Source: an uncultured Candidatus Poseidoniales archaeon
GTDB taxonomy: Archaea; Thermoplasmatota; Poseidoniia; Poseidoniales; Thalassarchaeaceae
DNA length: 64,000 nt
Direction: 5' to 3'
Assembly: GCA_902593945.1 (NCBI GenBank)
Contig: CACJKA010000002.1
Location: 80,807-144,806 of the forward strand
Part shown: piece by piece, positions 17,943-28,368 of the stretch
How the letters are laid out: every line of letters begins with the position of its first letter
How positions within the stretch are numbered: the stretch's first letter is position 1
Position numbers and translations under genes: made by a program
Notes under the pieces: model-generated
Seen by the model: the letters and a program-made list of their open reading frames with translations, nothing else
Told to the model about the DNA's origin: nothing
Database searches by the model: none

Positions 17943-18380
17943 TCATCTGTATGATTTTTGCCATTTGGCACGGGCACCACGACCCATTTGATGTTTAGCT
18001 TCTTTACGTCTTGGATCGTTAACAAGAAGACTGCGGTCGAATCTCAAGTATTCGTCTCTCAATTCTTCGTCTTCTCCAACAGCACCGCCGTTCCATTTTA
18101 CTAATCCACGAGCTATAGCAGTTCTAATTGCATCTACTTGTCCCATTTGTCCTCCGCCTTGAACATCTACAACGATATCAACGTCGTTTAAACGGTTCAT
18201 TGCTTCAGCAATTTGGACTGGTTCTAATGCTTTACGACGTGCAAGAGTAGGTTCCATTATGTGTATAGGTTGACTATTTACTCGTACGCGCCCCTGGCCT
18301 TTACGGACGGTTGCACGTGCGATTGCAGTCTTTCTTTTACCACTGGTTTCAACTGAAATTTTACCTTTTCTCTTAGCCAT
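17943..18380 (-). CDS. rps9: 30S ribosomal protein S9 (uS9)
   Basis: [22 protein letters not shown], with C-terminal ...[12 protein letters not shown]. Start set to the ATG at 18380 (MAKRKGK), 2 nt after the L13 stop. Confidence 0.9.
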   Translation of the reverse strand: MAKRKGKISVETSGKRKTAIARATVRKGQGRVRVNSQPIHIMEPTLARRKALEPVQIAEAMNRLNDVDIVVDVQGGGQMGQVDAIRTAIARGLVKWNGGAVGEDEELRDEYLRFDRSLLVNDPRRKEAKHQMGRGARAKWQKSYR

Positions 18381-18382
18381 AT

Positions 18383-18868
18383 TCACTGACCTCCCCAACG
18401 TGTCGCGTCTACGCCTAGTGAAGATGATATTTCACCGAGTCGTACAAATTTTACTGGTAATGGACGGTCTAAGGCTGATGTGTCGCCCCATCTATGTCCT
18501 GAAGGTAACTCTTCACCAGATAGATTGGCTGGACAACCAATCATTACTCTTAGATCTCTAACTGCATTACGGCCGCTACTATTCTTTTGATATGGTAACA
18601 TACCTCTAACCGTTCGCTTCATAATTTGGTCAGGCATTCTTGGGAAAAATGGACCTTTACGAGGATGATTTAATTTATACTTAAAATCATAATCTGCCAG
18701 AACACGAGTTCTAGGGCCCGAAACTATTGCATTTTCAGCATTTAGAACGATTATTCTAACTGGATTGCCTGCCTTTCTAGCAGAAAGTAATTGTTTCGCA
18801 ACTACGCTGGCCAGTCTTCCGAGTACCTTATCTGTAGCATCGTATACTATAGTTCCTGATTCATCCAA
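18383..18868 (-). CDS. rpl13: 50S ribosomal protein L13 (uL13)
   Basis: [21 protein letters not shown] matches the N-terminus typical of L13. The gene sits in the conserved archaeal L18e-L13-S9-RpoN order. Confidence 0.9.
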   Translation of the reverse strand: MDESGTIVYDATDKVLGRLASVVAKQLLSARKAGNPVRIIVLNAENAIVSGPRTRVLADYDFKYKLNHPRKGPFFPRMPDQIMKRTVRGMLPYQKNSSGRNAVRDLRVMIGCPANLSGEELPSGHRWGDTSALDRPLPVKFVRLGEISSSLGVDATRWGGQ

Positions 18869-19226
18869 GGATTCTCACCCCCGATCCTTCTGGGTTTTCG
18901 TTCATTAGTTCACGAATCGTGATTACACGTCCGCCTGCGTCTTCAATTTTAGAGCGGGCTCCAGAACTGACACTATATGCTGCGACGTTGGGCTTACCAG
19001 CTACTTCTCCACTTCCTAGTAATTTACCAGGAACTAGGACCATTCCTTCATTCGCTGCGTATCGCGAAAGACGGCTTAGGTTCGGTTCAGCCCAATTACT
19101 GCGGCTGGATTCCAGACGCAATGCAACGTCTCGCCATAGTGCAGAACCAGTTGACCTGCTCTGGGCCTTTAAATCGCCGATTAAAGCGATTAGGGCCGCG
19201 TTGGTCTTTCTGTTGTTCTTACTCAT
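18861..19226 (-). CDS. rpl18e: 50S ribosomal protein L18e (eL18)
   Basis: Start moved to the ATG at 19226 (MSKNNRKTNAALIALIGDLK), preceded by a gagggag SD-like sequence. The position upstream of L13 is conserved. Confidence 0.85.
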   Translation of the reverse strand: MSKNNRKTNAALIALIGDLKAQSRSTGSALWRDVALRLESSRSNWAEPNLSRLSRYAANEGMVLVPGKLLGSGEVAGKPNVAAYSVSSGARSKIEDAGGRVITIRELMNENPEGSGVRILG

Positions 19227-19324
19227 ATAACTCCCTCGACGTTTCTTAGGTATCGCGGCCACCTGACGACCTGTTATGAATGCTACTACTCGCCAAGTGG
19301 GTAATTCGTTGCACTGCGGCCAAT

Positions 19325-19341
19325 GTGGGTGTTTAACCCAC
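19325..19341 (-). terminator. Small hairpin between the giant surface-protein gene and the ribosomal-protein operon (weak terminator candidate)
   Basis: gtgggt (19325-19330) / acccac (19336-19341) with a 5-nt loop. No adjacent T-run. Confidence 0.25.
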
Positions 19342-19371
19342 TACAGTTAATTCAAACTAATGATTGTACGA

Positions 19372-22300
19372 TTATAATGAAAAACCACCTCTTTCTTCAT
19401 CATCATCAATTCCCGCAATTCTTTCCTGTCCTTCCGAATCAACGAATGAACCTGCCTTCACAACTGAACCATATAATCCTGATTCAGTAGATGATGTTCG
19501 ATTCAACATACTTTCTCCAAGTGAATTGCTCAAATGGTTAATAATTGATTGTAAAGCATCTATTGCTCGATCTCTTTGATCTGCTCCTATTTCATGGTCG
19601 GAATATCTAGCTTCTTCAAATATCGAGAATAATATATCTAAATCTTCAGGAGGAGTAATTCCTCCGAGCATGGTATTTACCGCGTCTTCGAATTCTCTAG
19701 TAGTCTCGTAAACCTTCTTCATGGCCCCCTTACTTCTAAAGAATCTGACTAACTGCTTGTAACAATCAAATATTGTTGCAATATAGTCATTAGATGCCTT
19801 GAGTGACATTAACGAGTCGGTTAAAATACCGCGAATAATCTCAATTCTTCTTCTTTCGTTGTAATTTCTATACATTATTGCACCAATTAACAGAACAAAT
19901 GAGAGGACTATTCCGAGTACCGTAATAACTCTAAAAGTCCAGAAGTTCGTATCTGAAGAAGCTTCTATATCTCCAAGTCTAATTGTTGGAGTACTATTCA
20001 AGAATTCTTCTTGGAAGAATGCAGATTCTTGGAAGTGGACCAATACTCGCCACTGCCCTCCTATTGCAAGTTCATTTCCTTTAGTTTCACCAGGTACTTC
20101 TTTACCACTATAGATAAAGCTGAAATTCGCTTCACCTTTTTCATTTGTGACTGAATATTCAACATTATTGGTCACATAACCTGTTCCGTTCCAATACTGG
20201 AATGTAAAAATAACTGTTTCTCCTTCTACAGAAACATCTAGCCTGTCTCTCAGAATTGAAACTTTACCAGTAACAATATCTCCTTCTTGGTATCCTTCTG
20301 CTTTAGCCCAATGGTCTTTCAATAGAATATCGACTTTACTTCTGACTAGAACTTCTATGTCTTCATATGAACCATTGACAACAGGGGTTGTTTCTGCTTT
20401 ACATCCACCAGGTAATTCCTTTGTTGGCTCATATGCAATTCTAATTGTTCTAAATCCTTCTAGTTTCTGGCCGCTTGGTTCAACCCCCTTTCTACTAGGA
20501 TTATCGTCAGGATCGCCTGAATACCATTCAATCTCTCCTGTTCCATCTTGAGTGATTGCTGTTGCAAAAGGCCTAGTATTGGTCTCAGGATCGAGATAGA
20601 TGTTGAGACATTTCCCTCCAACGGGGTTACCATTAACCTGAGTTAACATGGCATCTATATGGAAAGATTCTTTCAAATATAATACGGGGAATACTGACCC
20701 ATTCTCGAATCTGAATGTATCTATATCAGTTCGGAAGGGTCCAATTTCTTGTACCGTCATTGTTGAGTTAGAGAATACAGGGAAGAATTTAGTGATACTG
20801 GAGTTCTTGTATCTGTATTGATCTCCTGTCTCATATGAATAATAATTCACAGTAACCTTGGCTTGGCCCGCTTGGATATCGTTTAATGGGCATACTATTG
20901 AAAAGAATCCATTAGAATCCGTTACTCCTCCATTACAAGCCTTTACACCTAGTTCTGTCCCTACCATTTCATATTGGACTTGAATAGGACGATTTGATAG
21001 ATTTGTATCTAACTCGTCGACTAGTTGACCGGTCACCGTCATTGGTTTGTCAATAGGTTGTCCTGTCAATTGATCTATTTCTGAAGTATAAACAATCTGA
21101 TTATCTACAGAAAGTTGTGTGCCGCCAATCAGGCTAAATCCTTGCCCGTTATATTGGAATACCTTACGATAGTGATCGCTGTTCAGAACTTGGGCACAAG
21201 GGTCCCATGCACCAGATATGGAAAGCATTTCTTGATCTATTGGTTCACAACCTTCGTGCGGTAGATTCTCTGAGAATCTAATTATTACATTAACCGGCCC
21301 AAAACCATCAGGAAGGAAGGATTGAGGGTCATCTCTCAATAGTTGTGGATCTAGCAACATCGCATGATTAATTGTTCCAGCATTAGGGCATAATGTCTTG
21401 ATTATCTGTCGATGAACTGTTTGTTCAAAGTCAACTCCTTCAAGAATAACTAATATCTCTCCGCCGTTTTCGTCACAACCATCCAAAAGTTCACCTTTAT
21501 CTTTGATAGCAGCAGTCCTATTATCGTCAGTCACCTGAGCGGTAAATTCCCAAATATCGCCACTAGACAATCTATTTGCAGTAGTACTTTGAAGATCTAT
21601 GTAGGTTCTTGAAACAACCCATAGATCTATTCCTGAGGAGCTACCTTGACGATAAGTATCTCCAGGATAAGTGAAGCTCAAAGAGAAATTACCTAATTCG
21701 TGCATTTCATCTATAGTTAAATTGATTTTGAATACACCATTTAAGTCGGTTACTGCTACATCACTTGTGCCGTCGGCAGACCAAGTATAATTCACTGGAG
21801 CGTCTCTAACCGGTTGATATGCATTATCTATTACTCTAGCTTCAATGGTTGTATTTTGCCCTCGATAAAGTCTAGGTATGTTATTTAATTGGAAATCCGT
21901 GGTACCAATGACTGACACATTTACATAAGCACCTGTAGGGGCGAGAACTGCTGATTGATTACCTGTAAAGTAATAATTTGAGTTTGTGAAATCAGCACGG
22001 ATACCATAGACTCCTGCAGGATACTGTGAATACCAAGTCCAGTTGTAATCAAACACTGCTTCTCCGTTAATCATGTCCGGAACTCGAGCAAATCCTGTCT
22101 CTTGAGATCCTGCAAATACTCCGTTCTTATCGATATCGACCTGTAATGCCATAGCATCGTGTGGCCAAGCAGTCATTGTTCGGTTCCATACACTTCCCAA
22201 AACTCTGAATGTCTCACCAGTAAACATCTCAGGTACTATTTCACATCTAATTTCACTTTCTGGATCAAAGGGGTTGATTGGCCCGCAAGGAGGTACATTG

Positions 22301-25300
22301 AAGTCTCCACCATTTTGCATTGCGATAAACCAATGTGTTCCATTCGATGAGATGAATGAACGTAGATTTGCTGCCTCTCCAGTAAGTCCTTGTGGAGTAC
22401 CATCCCAAAGCATAGGATATTGCTTTCCGAGACTTACTTCGCTGTATTCAAGACCCGCATTAGCCAAAGAGGGGGCATGGAATAAAGCTCTCCAAGCGCC
22501 AAACGAGGCCCCGGTGAATTGGGTTGAATCATAGAAGTAAACCGGCCGAATTGAAGGGGTGATTATATCTGCTTCGACATACATTCTATGCATCGAACGT
22601 ATAGCAAAAGAATCTGTCTTATCGCCCTCTAAATATGGCCATGGCATTTCTCCACCTAAATCAGGGCGGGATTCACCAATAAACATGTAATCTCCAATTG
22701 GTAAACTTGTATTTGTGTATTCATATAATCCAACAACACTGTGAGATTTGGACGTATTATCCCACACAATTTCTTCATACGCACCAGGTACCTTTCCTTC
22801 GCCGTTATCTATAGTGGAATTCCATTGTACTTGCTTCCAAACACCTTGGCTACCACTTGTCTGAACGAATGATAGGGAAACCCAACCACCTGAATCTGCT
22901 CTGTAACCATAACCATATCCATCGAATATCGTTGGGTGAGTCAGATTGCCAAATGGACCGCCGTGTACTGTGAATGATATAGGTGCATGTGACAACTTAT
23001 TGTCGAATATTCCTCTATCCCAATCTGCTGCATAATGAACCTTATAATCAACGAATAATGGTTGTTCGTCACTTCTGAAATAAGTCCATGCAACGTAATC
23101 TATTGTTGTGTTTGCTCGCACCTCTGTAGGTACTGGTTGTGTAGAAGAACCATCATGTAAAAACATCTCAGTTACTTCAGCATAAACATGGTACGTTGTG
23201 TTAGAACCTACCGGTAGATCTTCTGGGAATAAGAATTGACCTACAACGAATCTACCATCGGCATCTGTCAATACATCCACGGTTTCAACGGCAGAAGTTC
23301 CATTCCTAGTCCAAGCAATATGAACTTGGACGGGTAAATTCTCTGCAGGTGCGAAAACTCCTTGATCTAGGTCTAGCCAACTAACAGTACCATTAAATTT
23401 AGCAGCATATAAGTTATCTAACCATAGTACATCAGGCGATGTAAGAGTAATTCTAGTTGGAATCTTATCATCTTCGTCTAGGATACCATCATTGTCACTA
23501 TCCCAGTCTGATGAGCTGCCATTTTCCTCCTCTAACTGATCCCAGTCTGAGTCGATTCGACTATCATTATCGTCATCTTCATCTATTGCATCGGGACCTG
23601 TGTTTGGATCTGATGGATTAGCAATTCCCTCGCCACCACCAAAGTCGTCATGGTCCCATGGATTAGTAGATTCACTACCATATCTAGACGGCCAGAGCAT
23701 TACTTCATCTTCATCTTTCATTCCATCTGAGTCGTCGTCTAAATCAATATCGTCCCTTAGACCATCATTGTCGTGATCCCAAGGTGAAATAAAGGGAGTT
23801 GCGGTATTAAGCTCTATCAAGTTAGTTCTACCGTCACCATCCCAATCATCATCTTTCCAATTTACAATACCGTCATTGTCATGATCCCATGTCATCTGCT
23901 CTTCACCAACAAAACAAAGCAATTCTTGATCTGCGTCTAAAACTCCGTTATTATCGTCATCAGGGTCTTCTCCATCGGGAACTCCATCATTATCATTATC
24001 TACATCATAATATTTGGGATTCAAAAGACCTTGTCCAAGAACTCCTTTATCGTGAACAGCTTGGAACCACCCATCTTCGTCGGGATCGGTGTCGGTACCG
24101 TCGTCATCATTATCTTCACAATTTGAACCAGTATAGAAATTGCCAGGAGGTATCGTCCCGGTATCATCATCAAGATCGTCGTTACTATCTATCTCAAAAT
24201 AATCCCAAATACCATCTGAATCATCATCTATATCCCAATGGTCGTAAATACCATCAAAGTCATCATCTAAATCAGCGGTATCATTGAATAAACATTGAGG
24301 CTCCATATTCCCAGTAACAGGGGCACCGCAATCGTCATCAGGATCGACGTCATTATTTAGTAAATCTGCTCTTTCATCGGGGAAGAAATTTGCATTTGAG
24401 TCAGCAGTCCACTGGAAGAACCCAAAGGATAACCCTATGTAAGCAATCCAAAGATCACGATTATCTTTCATTTGATTGTAAGTAACTGCAGCCGTAGGGC
24501 TTACTCCACTCTGTGGATCGAAGGTGAAATGGAAACAATTTTTATTGCAAGTCCATTGACCTTGTGAATTGCTTCCATTGTAAGCACCATCGCTGTAATC
24601 AGGATCTGCCCTAGTACTGTAAGGATATGTATATTCTACTTGGTTCGCCCTAGTTGGTGTAACCAAAGGAGCCCCATAATACCAAGCATAGAATATTCCA
24701 CATTCATGGTCTATTGCTTGGGGCTGCTGTGGGACATAAATCCAGAACAATGTTGCTCCACAAGTGTTGTCATCAAAGCTACCTCCCATTTTGATATCAT
24801 TAACGTCTAATACCCCATCATTACCTTCATCTTGATCCCACCAGTCTGGTAATCCGTCACCATCTTGATCGACATCAATTCCATTTATCAGAGAGTCTCC
24901 ATCAATATCTATATCAAAGTGATTATCTCCATTGTACGGGCTCCATTTTTGGATAACGTGCCAGTATAACTCAGGAATCTGTCCACTAACTGATGGGTTG
25001 GCTTCATCGAATCCATTGTAATCCAATACGAATCCGTTTTCTGAAGTGAATGGATTAAACATCCATGTTTGGTTCCAATACATTTCGTAAACTATTGCAA
25101 ATTGATATAATTGGTCATCGGAAGATCCGTCTAATAAATCGCCATCGCTGGTAGGATAGCTGTTATCAAAAGGATCGGTGGCATCTAAATCTTGAATTCC
25201 ACAGTTTCCGTCATCAGGGTCATAATAGTCAGAAATACCGTCATTGTCATCGTCCCAATCTTCATCATTTGGCAATCCATCACCATCTACATCTGTATCG

Positions 25301-27351
25301 ATATCATTTGGACCGTCGTCACGATATTTTGATCCGTTCAACAAATGCAAATCGTTGTCATCGTCAAGATCACAATTGTCATCTATATCCAACCAATCAT
25401 AAATGCCATCATTGTCGTCATCAATATCATCCCAATTATTTATTCCGTCTCCATCCCAATCATTGAATCCAGTATATGATTTACGCATCAAATAACAATT
25501 ATCATCAGGGTTAGAAGGATTCGGATTGGTAAGGCTAGGGCAGTCCCATGTATCAACAGTGCTTTGAGGAATTGTTGGGAATATATCTTCTTCATTGATT
25601 TCGCCATCATTATCTAAATCCCATGGTAAATCACTTGCATCGGTTAAAGTTCCACCAACTGTGTTATCTGGTACTGGGACGCCTCCTAAGTCGGTGTCTA
25701 ACCAATCCCATACCAAATCATAGTCTTGATCAATGACTCTGTAACGATCATCATCAAGATCTCTATCATAATCCATTTCACAGTCAATTCCAGGAATCAT
25801 TATAGCACCATTATAAAACGCTTGATTAGGTACTGGATAATCTCCTGCTGCATCTAAGTTTGTATCAGTTTGAAGGCAAGTATCTGGAATTCCATCATTG
25901 TCGTCATCAACGTCATACATGTCTGCTAGGCCATCATTGTCGTCATCTGTATCTGAAGAATCTGGAGAGCCATCGTTGTCATTGTCCGGGTCAAGGAAAT
26001 TAGGTATACCATCACCATCTAAATCTCCGTCATATATGTTAGAAAAAGCCTGTACTTTAGGATGCCATGCCTTCTCTCTTTCAACAAAATCAATTCCTCC
26101 TACATAATCTCCATAGTAATCGCTACCAGTGAACGAAGATTGTAAGACTGTAATATTACCTTGAGTTGTAGAGCTTAAAGCGAGATTTTGATATGTGATA
26201 TTTGCTGTGCTATTGAATTGGAAACTCCAGACTCCCCCGTTGGCATTTATTATTGAACTCGAAAACGCATTGCCTTGTGCTTGAACGGAATGATCTTCTA
26301 TATCCGAATTGAACCAAGTTATGATATCGCCGGTTTCAATTGTAATGTTTTCTGGGTTTAATCCTGCACCATCAATATTAACAAAATGTGTTGTTGGGCC
26401 AGAATCCCATTCTACCCAATCATTCCAAAGATTGTTCTCTGTAATGTTTGAAGTGATATCAGAGTTCCATGGATGCGCATCCCATAAGTCAGGTACAGAA
26501 TCTCCATCGTCATCTAAATCAAAATAATCTTGAATGCCGTCACTATCAAAATCACATGGCCACGTGAATTGATCTATACGACCATCATTATCATCATCTT
26601 CATCGTATGAGCCTTTACCATTACCATCGATGTCCTCGTCAGTAATGCCGTCATTATCGTGATCTAACAGATTCTGATCAATACGGTATCCTGTTCCTAC
26701 TGTAGTTTGAGTCCAAGGATGAATTGTTGTTGGAATAACATAACGGTCCTCTGTATTGTTCTTTGGATCTGCTCCCTGTGACCAGTCAATAGGGCCCTCT
26801 AGTATTCCATCATTGTCATCATCCCAGTCGAATTCGTCTTGGATACCATCATTGTCATGATCAAAAGGATCGGTGCCATAACAGCCATCAAACCTTTCAA
26901 TTAAATCGGATATCCCATCATTATCGTCATCTAAATCATTCAAATCAGAAATACCGTCATTATCGTGATCTTCGGTATCTGTTTCTTCCAACAAGAATCC
27001 ATAACTTGGATCAATTGCTAATGCCGCAGAGTCAGAAATTTTTCCATAAACGGAAAGTGGGTCATGATACATTGGATCAGTGAATGCTGGATGAGAAAAT
27101 GGATTTTCGGTTCCCGGTTGCATTTCATTATATTCTGCCATGGGTCCATCTGACACATCTATTTGCTGGAACGCTGTTCTCTTGATTACAGGGCCCCATT
27201 CAGATTCTTCCTCCGAATATGGTTCGAAATCCTGAAAGGAATACATCTGAGTACTGAATAACATTATGAAAACCATTAATCCTGCAACAATACTTTTTCT
27301 CGAGCCTTCAAGACTAATATTTTCATGTAACTTTCCTTTCATCGTGACCAC
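19372..27351 (-). CDS. Giant (2659 aa) acidic surface protein with five parts: an N-terminal signal anchor, many thrombospondin type-3-like Ca-binding repeats, a cupredoxin-like domain, multiple beta-sandwich repeats, and a C-terminal TM helix plus DUF4129-like cytoplasmic tail
   Basis: There are more than 20 DxDNDG(I/V)xDxxDxDDD units (for example DHDNDGISDLNDLDDDNDGISDL). The cupredoxin-like block reads ITIETGDIITWFNSDIEDHSV. Beta-sandwich repeats carry TD.(D/N)G.F (LTDADGRFVV, VTDLNGVFKI, VTDSNGFFSI). The TM helix is FWTFRVITVLGIVLSFVLLIGAIMY. The tail ends ...FEEARYSDHEIG. Confidence 0.85.
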   Translation of the reverse strand: MVTMKGKLHENISLEGSRKSIVAGLMVFIMLFSTQMYSFQDFEPYSEEESEWGPVIKRTAFQQIDVSDGPMAEYNEMQPGTENPFSHPAFTDPMYHDPLSVYGKISDSAALAIDPSYGFLLEETDTEDHDNDGISDLNDLDDDNDGISDLIERFDGCYGTDPFDHDNDGIQDEFDWDDDNDGILEGPIDWSQGADPKNNTEDRYVIPTTIHPWTQTTVGTGYRIDQNLLDHDNDGITDEDIDGNGKGSYDEDDDNDGRIDQFTWPCDFDSDGIQDYFDLDDDGDSVPDLWDAHPWNSDITSNITENNLWNDWVEWDSGPTTHFVNIDGAGLNPENITIETGDIITWFNSDIEDHSVQAQGNAFSSSIINANGGVWSFQFNSTANITYQNLALSSTTQGNITVLQSSFTGSDYYGDYVGGIDFVEREKAWHPKVQAFSNIYDGDLDGDGIPNFLDPDNDNDGSPDSSDTDDDNDGLADMYDVDDDNDGIPDTCLQTDTNLDAAGDYPVPNQAFYNGAIMIPGIDCEMDYDRDLDDDRYRVIDQDYDLVWDWLDTDLGGVPVPDNTVGGTLTDASDLPWDLDNDGEINEEDIFPTIPQSTVDTWDCPSLTNPNPSNPDDNCYLMRKSYTGFNDWDGDGINNWDDIDDDNDGIYDWLDIDDNCDLDDDNDLHLLNGSKYRDDGPNDIDTDVDGDGLPNDEDWDDDNDGISDYYDPDDGNCGIQDLDATDPFDNSYPTSDGDLLDGSSDDQLYQFAIVYEMYWNQTWMFNPFTSENGFVLDYNGFDEANPSVSGQIPELYWHVIQKWSPYNGDNHFDIDIDGDSLINGIDVDQDGDGLPDWWDQDEGNDGVLDVNDIKMGGSFDDNTCGATLFWIYVPQQPQAIDHECGIFYAWYYGAPLVTPTRANQVEYTYPYSTRADPDYSDGAYNGSNSQGQWTCNKNCFHFTFDPQSGVSPTAAVTYNQMKDNRDLWIAYIGLSFGFFQWTADSNANFFPDERADLLNNDVDPDDDCGAPVTGNMEPQCLFNDTADLDDDFDGIYDHWDIDDDSDGIWDYFEIDSNDDLDDDTGTIPPGNFYTGSNCEDNDDDGTDTDPDEDGWFQAVHDKGVLGQGLLNPKYYDVDNDNDGVPDGEDPDDDNNGVLDADQELLCFVGEEQMTWDHDNDGIVNWKDDDWDGDGRTNLIELNTATPFISPWDHDNDGLRDDIDLDDDSDGMKDEDEVMLWPSRYGSESTNPWDHDDFGGGEGIANPSDPNTGPDAIDEDDDNDSRIDSDWDQLEEENGSSSDWDSDNDGILDEDDKIPTRITLTSPDVLWLDNLYAAKFNGTVSWLDLDQGVFAPAENLPVQVHIAWTRNGTSAVETVDVLTDADGRFVVGQFLFPEDLPVGSNTTYHVYAEVTEMFLHDGSSTQPVPTEVRANTTIDYVAWTYFRSDEQPLFVDYKVHYAADWDRGIFDNKLSHAPISFTVHGGPFGNLTHPTIFDGYGYGYRADSGGWVSLSFVQTSGSQGVWKQVQWNSTIDNGEGKVPGAYEEIVWDNTSKSHSVVGLYEYTNTSLPIGDYMFIGESRPDLGGEMPWPYLEGDKTDSFAIRSMHRMYVEADIITPSIRPVYFYDSTQFTGASFGAWRALFHAPSLANAGLEYSEVSLGKQYPMLWDGTPQGLTGEAANLRSFISSNGTHWFIAMQNGGDFNVPPCGPINPFDPESEIRCEIVPEMFTGETFRVLGSVWNRTMTAWPHDAMALQVDIDKNGVFAGSQETGFARVPDMINGEAVFDYNWTWYSQYPAGVYGIRADFTNSNYYFTGNQSAVLAPTGAYVNVSVIGTTDFQLNNIPRLYRGQNTTIEARVIDNAYQPVRDAPVNYTWSADGTSDVAVTDLNGVFKINLTIDEMHELGNFSLSFTYPGDTYRQGSSSGIDLWVVSRTYIDLQSTTANRLSSGDIWEFTAQVTDDNRTAAIKDKGELLDGCDENGGEILVILEGVDFEQTVHRQIIKTLCPNAGTINHAMLLDPQLLRDDPQSFLPDGFGPVNVIIRFSENLPHEGCEPIDQEMLSISGAWDPCAQVLNSDHYRKVFQYNGQGFSLIGGTQLSVDNQIVYTSEIDQLTGQPIDKPMTVTGQLVDELDTNLSNRPIQVQYEMVGTELGVKACNGGVTDSNGFFSIVCPLNDIQAGQAKVTVNYYSYETGDQYRYKNSSITKFFPVFSNSTMTVQEIGPFRTDIDTFRFENGSVFPVLYLKESFHIDAMLTQVNGNPVGGKCLNIYLDPETNTRPFATAITQDGTGEIEWYSGDPDDNPSRKGVEPSGQKLEGFRTIRIAYEPTKELPGGCKAETTPVVNGSYEDIEVLVRSKVDILLKDHWAKAEGYQEGDIVTGKVSILRDRLDVSVEGETVIFTFQYWNGTGYVTNNVEYSVTNEKGEANFSFIYSGKEVPGETKGNELAIGGQWRVLVHFQESAFFQEEFLNSTPTIRLGDIEASSDTNFWTFRVITVLGIVLSFVLLIGAIMYRNYNERRRIEIIRGILTDSLMSLKASNDYIATIFDCYKQLVRFFRSKGAMKKVYETTREFEDAVNTMLGGITPPEDLDILFSIFEEARYSDHEIGADQRDRAIDALQSIINHLSNSLGESMLNRTSSTESGLYGSVVKAGSFVDSEGQERIAGIDDDEERGGFSL

Positions 27352-27487
27352 CGAAGTATCATTCCTAAATGTAATTCATTTATCAACGCACACCCTAAGT
27401 TGAGAGTGGATGTATCAACGAGGCGTTTTAGTATCAAAGTTCAAGGATACCTTGGATTAAAATGTATGAATAAATTCGGGAGGCTCG

Positions 27488-27856
27488 ATGGCATCATTTC
27501 GGACCGTAATGAATTCAAAAATTCATCGAGCCACTGTGACAGAGGCAGATGTAGATTATATCGGATCAATTACAATCGATAAAGAGTTGGCTGAGGCTGC
27601 AAATATTTCAGAATGGGAAAAAATAGATGTGTTGAATATAACTAATGGTTCGAGGCTAGGAACATATGTGATTTTCGGCGAAAGAGGTAGTGGCGAAATT
27701 TGCATTAATGGTGCCGCTGCACACCTTGTAAATCCTGGAGACTTGGTAATTTTAGTGACTTACAAAATAGTTGATGATGATTGGCTGACTCCGGAGAGCC
27801 ACGTGCCAACTATTATTCACGTAGATGGGCAAAATAAAATTATCAATATTGATTGA
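27488..27856 (+). CDS. panD: Aspartate 1-decarboxylase (pyruvoyl-dependent, bacterial type)
   Basis: MNSKIHRATVTEADVDYIGSITID...NGAAAHLVNPGDLVI is collinear with E. coli PanD and includes the Gly-Ser self-processing site. Confidence 0.9.
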   Translation: MASFRTVMNSKIHRATVTEADVDYIGSITIDKELAEAANISEWEKIDVLNITNGSRLGTYVIFGERGSGEICINGAAAHLVNPGDLVILVTYKIVDDDWLTPESHVPTIIHVDGQNKIINID

Positions 27857-28291
27857 TTACGGACGATGATAAGGTAAACCTTTGATGATAGTACAGGCGC
27901 GATATAATTGTTCCAATAGAACCACTGCAGCTAACTCATGAGGAAGTGTAATCTTTCCCAATGAAAGTGATTTTAAATCGCCTTCATAGGACCCAAATCC
28001 CCCAGGGGGGCCTACGACTAGATGGACAGAACTTGAAGAGATTCGCCACTCTTTCATTTTTTCAGAATACCCCATACTATCGAGATTTTCTCCTTTTTCC
28101 TGTAAAAGAATTACCTTATCGTTACCAGCTTTTTTAATTACATCATCCAAATAAGGCCCAGGTTCTGTCTTGTTTCTATGCTCTACTATTTGTACACCGT
28201 CAGAAATTAATCTGTTAGCATAGTCAGAAATTGCTGCCCTAAATGATGAATCTTTGGCCTTACCATGTAAATGAACGAAAACACGACCCAT
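27857..28291 (-). CDS. rlmH: SPOUT methyltransferase RlmH (23S rRNA pseudouridine N3-methyltransferase type)
   Basis: LVVGPPGGFG...LSLGKITLPHELAAVVLLEQLYRACTIIKGLPYHR matches the E. coli RlmH C-terminal knot region (LPH...E.LYRA..I....PYHR). Confidence 0.85.
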   Translation of the reverse strand: MGRVFVHLHGKAKDSSFRAAISDYANRLISDGVQIVEHRNKTEPGPYLDDVIKKAGNDKVILLQEKGENLDSMGYSEKMKEWRISSSSVHLVVGPPGGFGSYEGDLKSLSLGKITLPHELAAVVLLEQLYRACTIIKGLPYHRP

Positions 28292-28368
28292 GGCCTTCGC
28301 AAGGATAAGTACCCTTTCATTATTCGCAAAGCATCAAGAAAGAGAGCCTTGACGCAGGGGCGATTGAC

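Noticed and set aside
17822-18025. 67-aa minus-strand ORF spanning the rpoN/rps9 junction
   Set aside because: It is out of frame with, and overlaps, two well-supported conserved genes.
18919-19249. Plus-strand ORFs of 103 and 90 aa opposite rpl18e
   Set aside because: They are antisense shadows of a conserved ribosomal-protein gene.
23889-25466. His/Arg/Tyr-rich plus-strand ORFs (23889-24287 and 25269-25466) inside the giant gene
   Set aside because: They are antisense to the Asp-rich repeat region, where GAT/GAC codons read as ATC/GTC on the other strand and keep the frame open. The composition is an artefact of the repeats.
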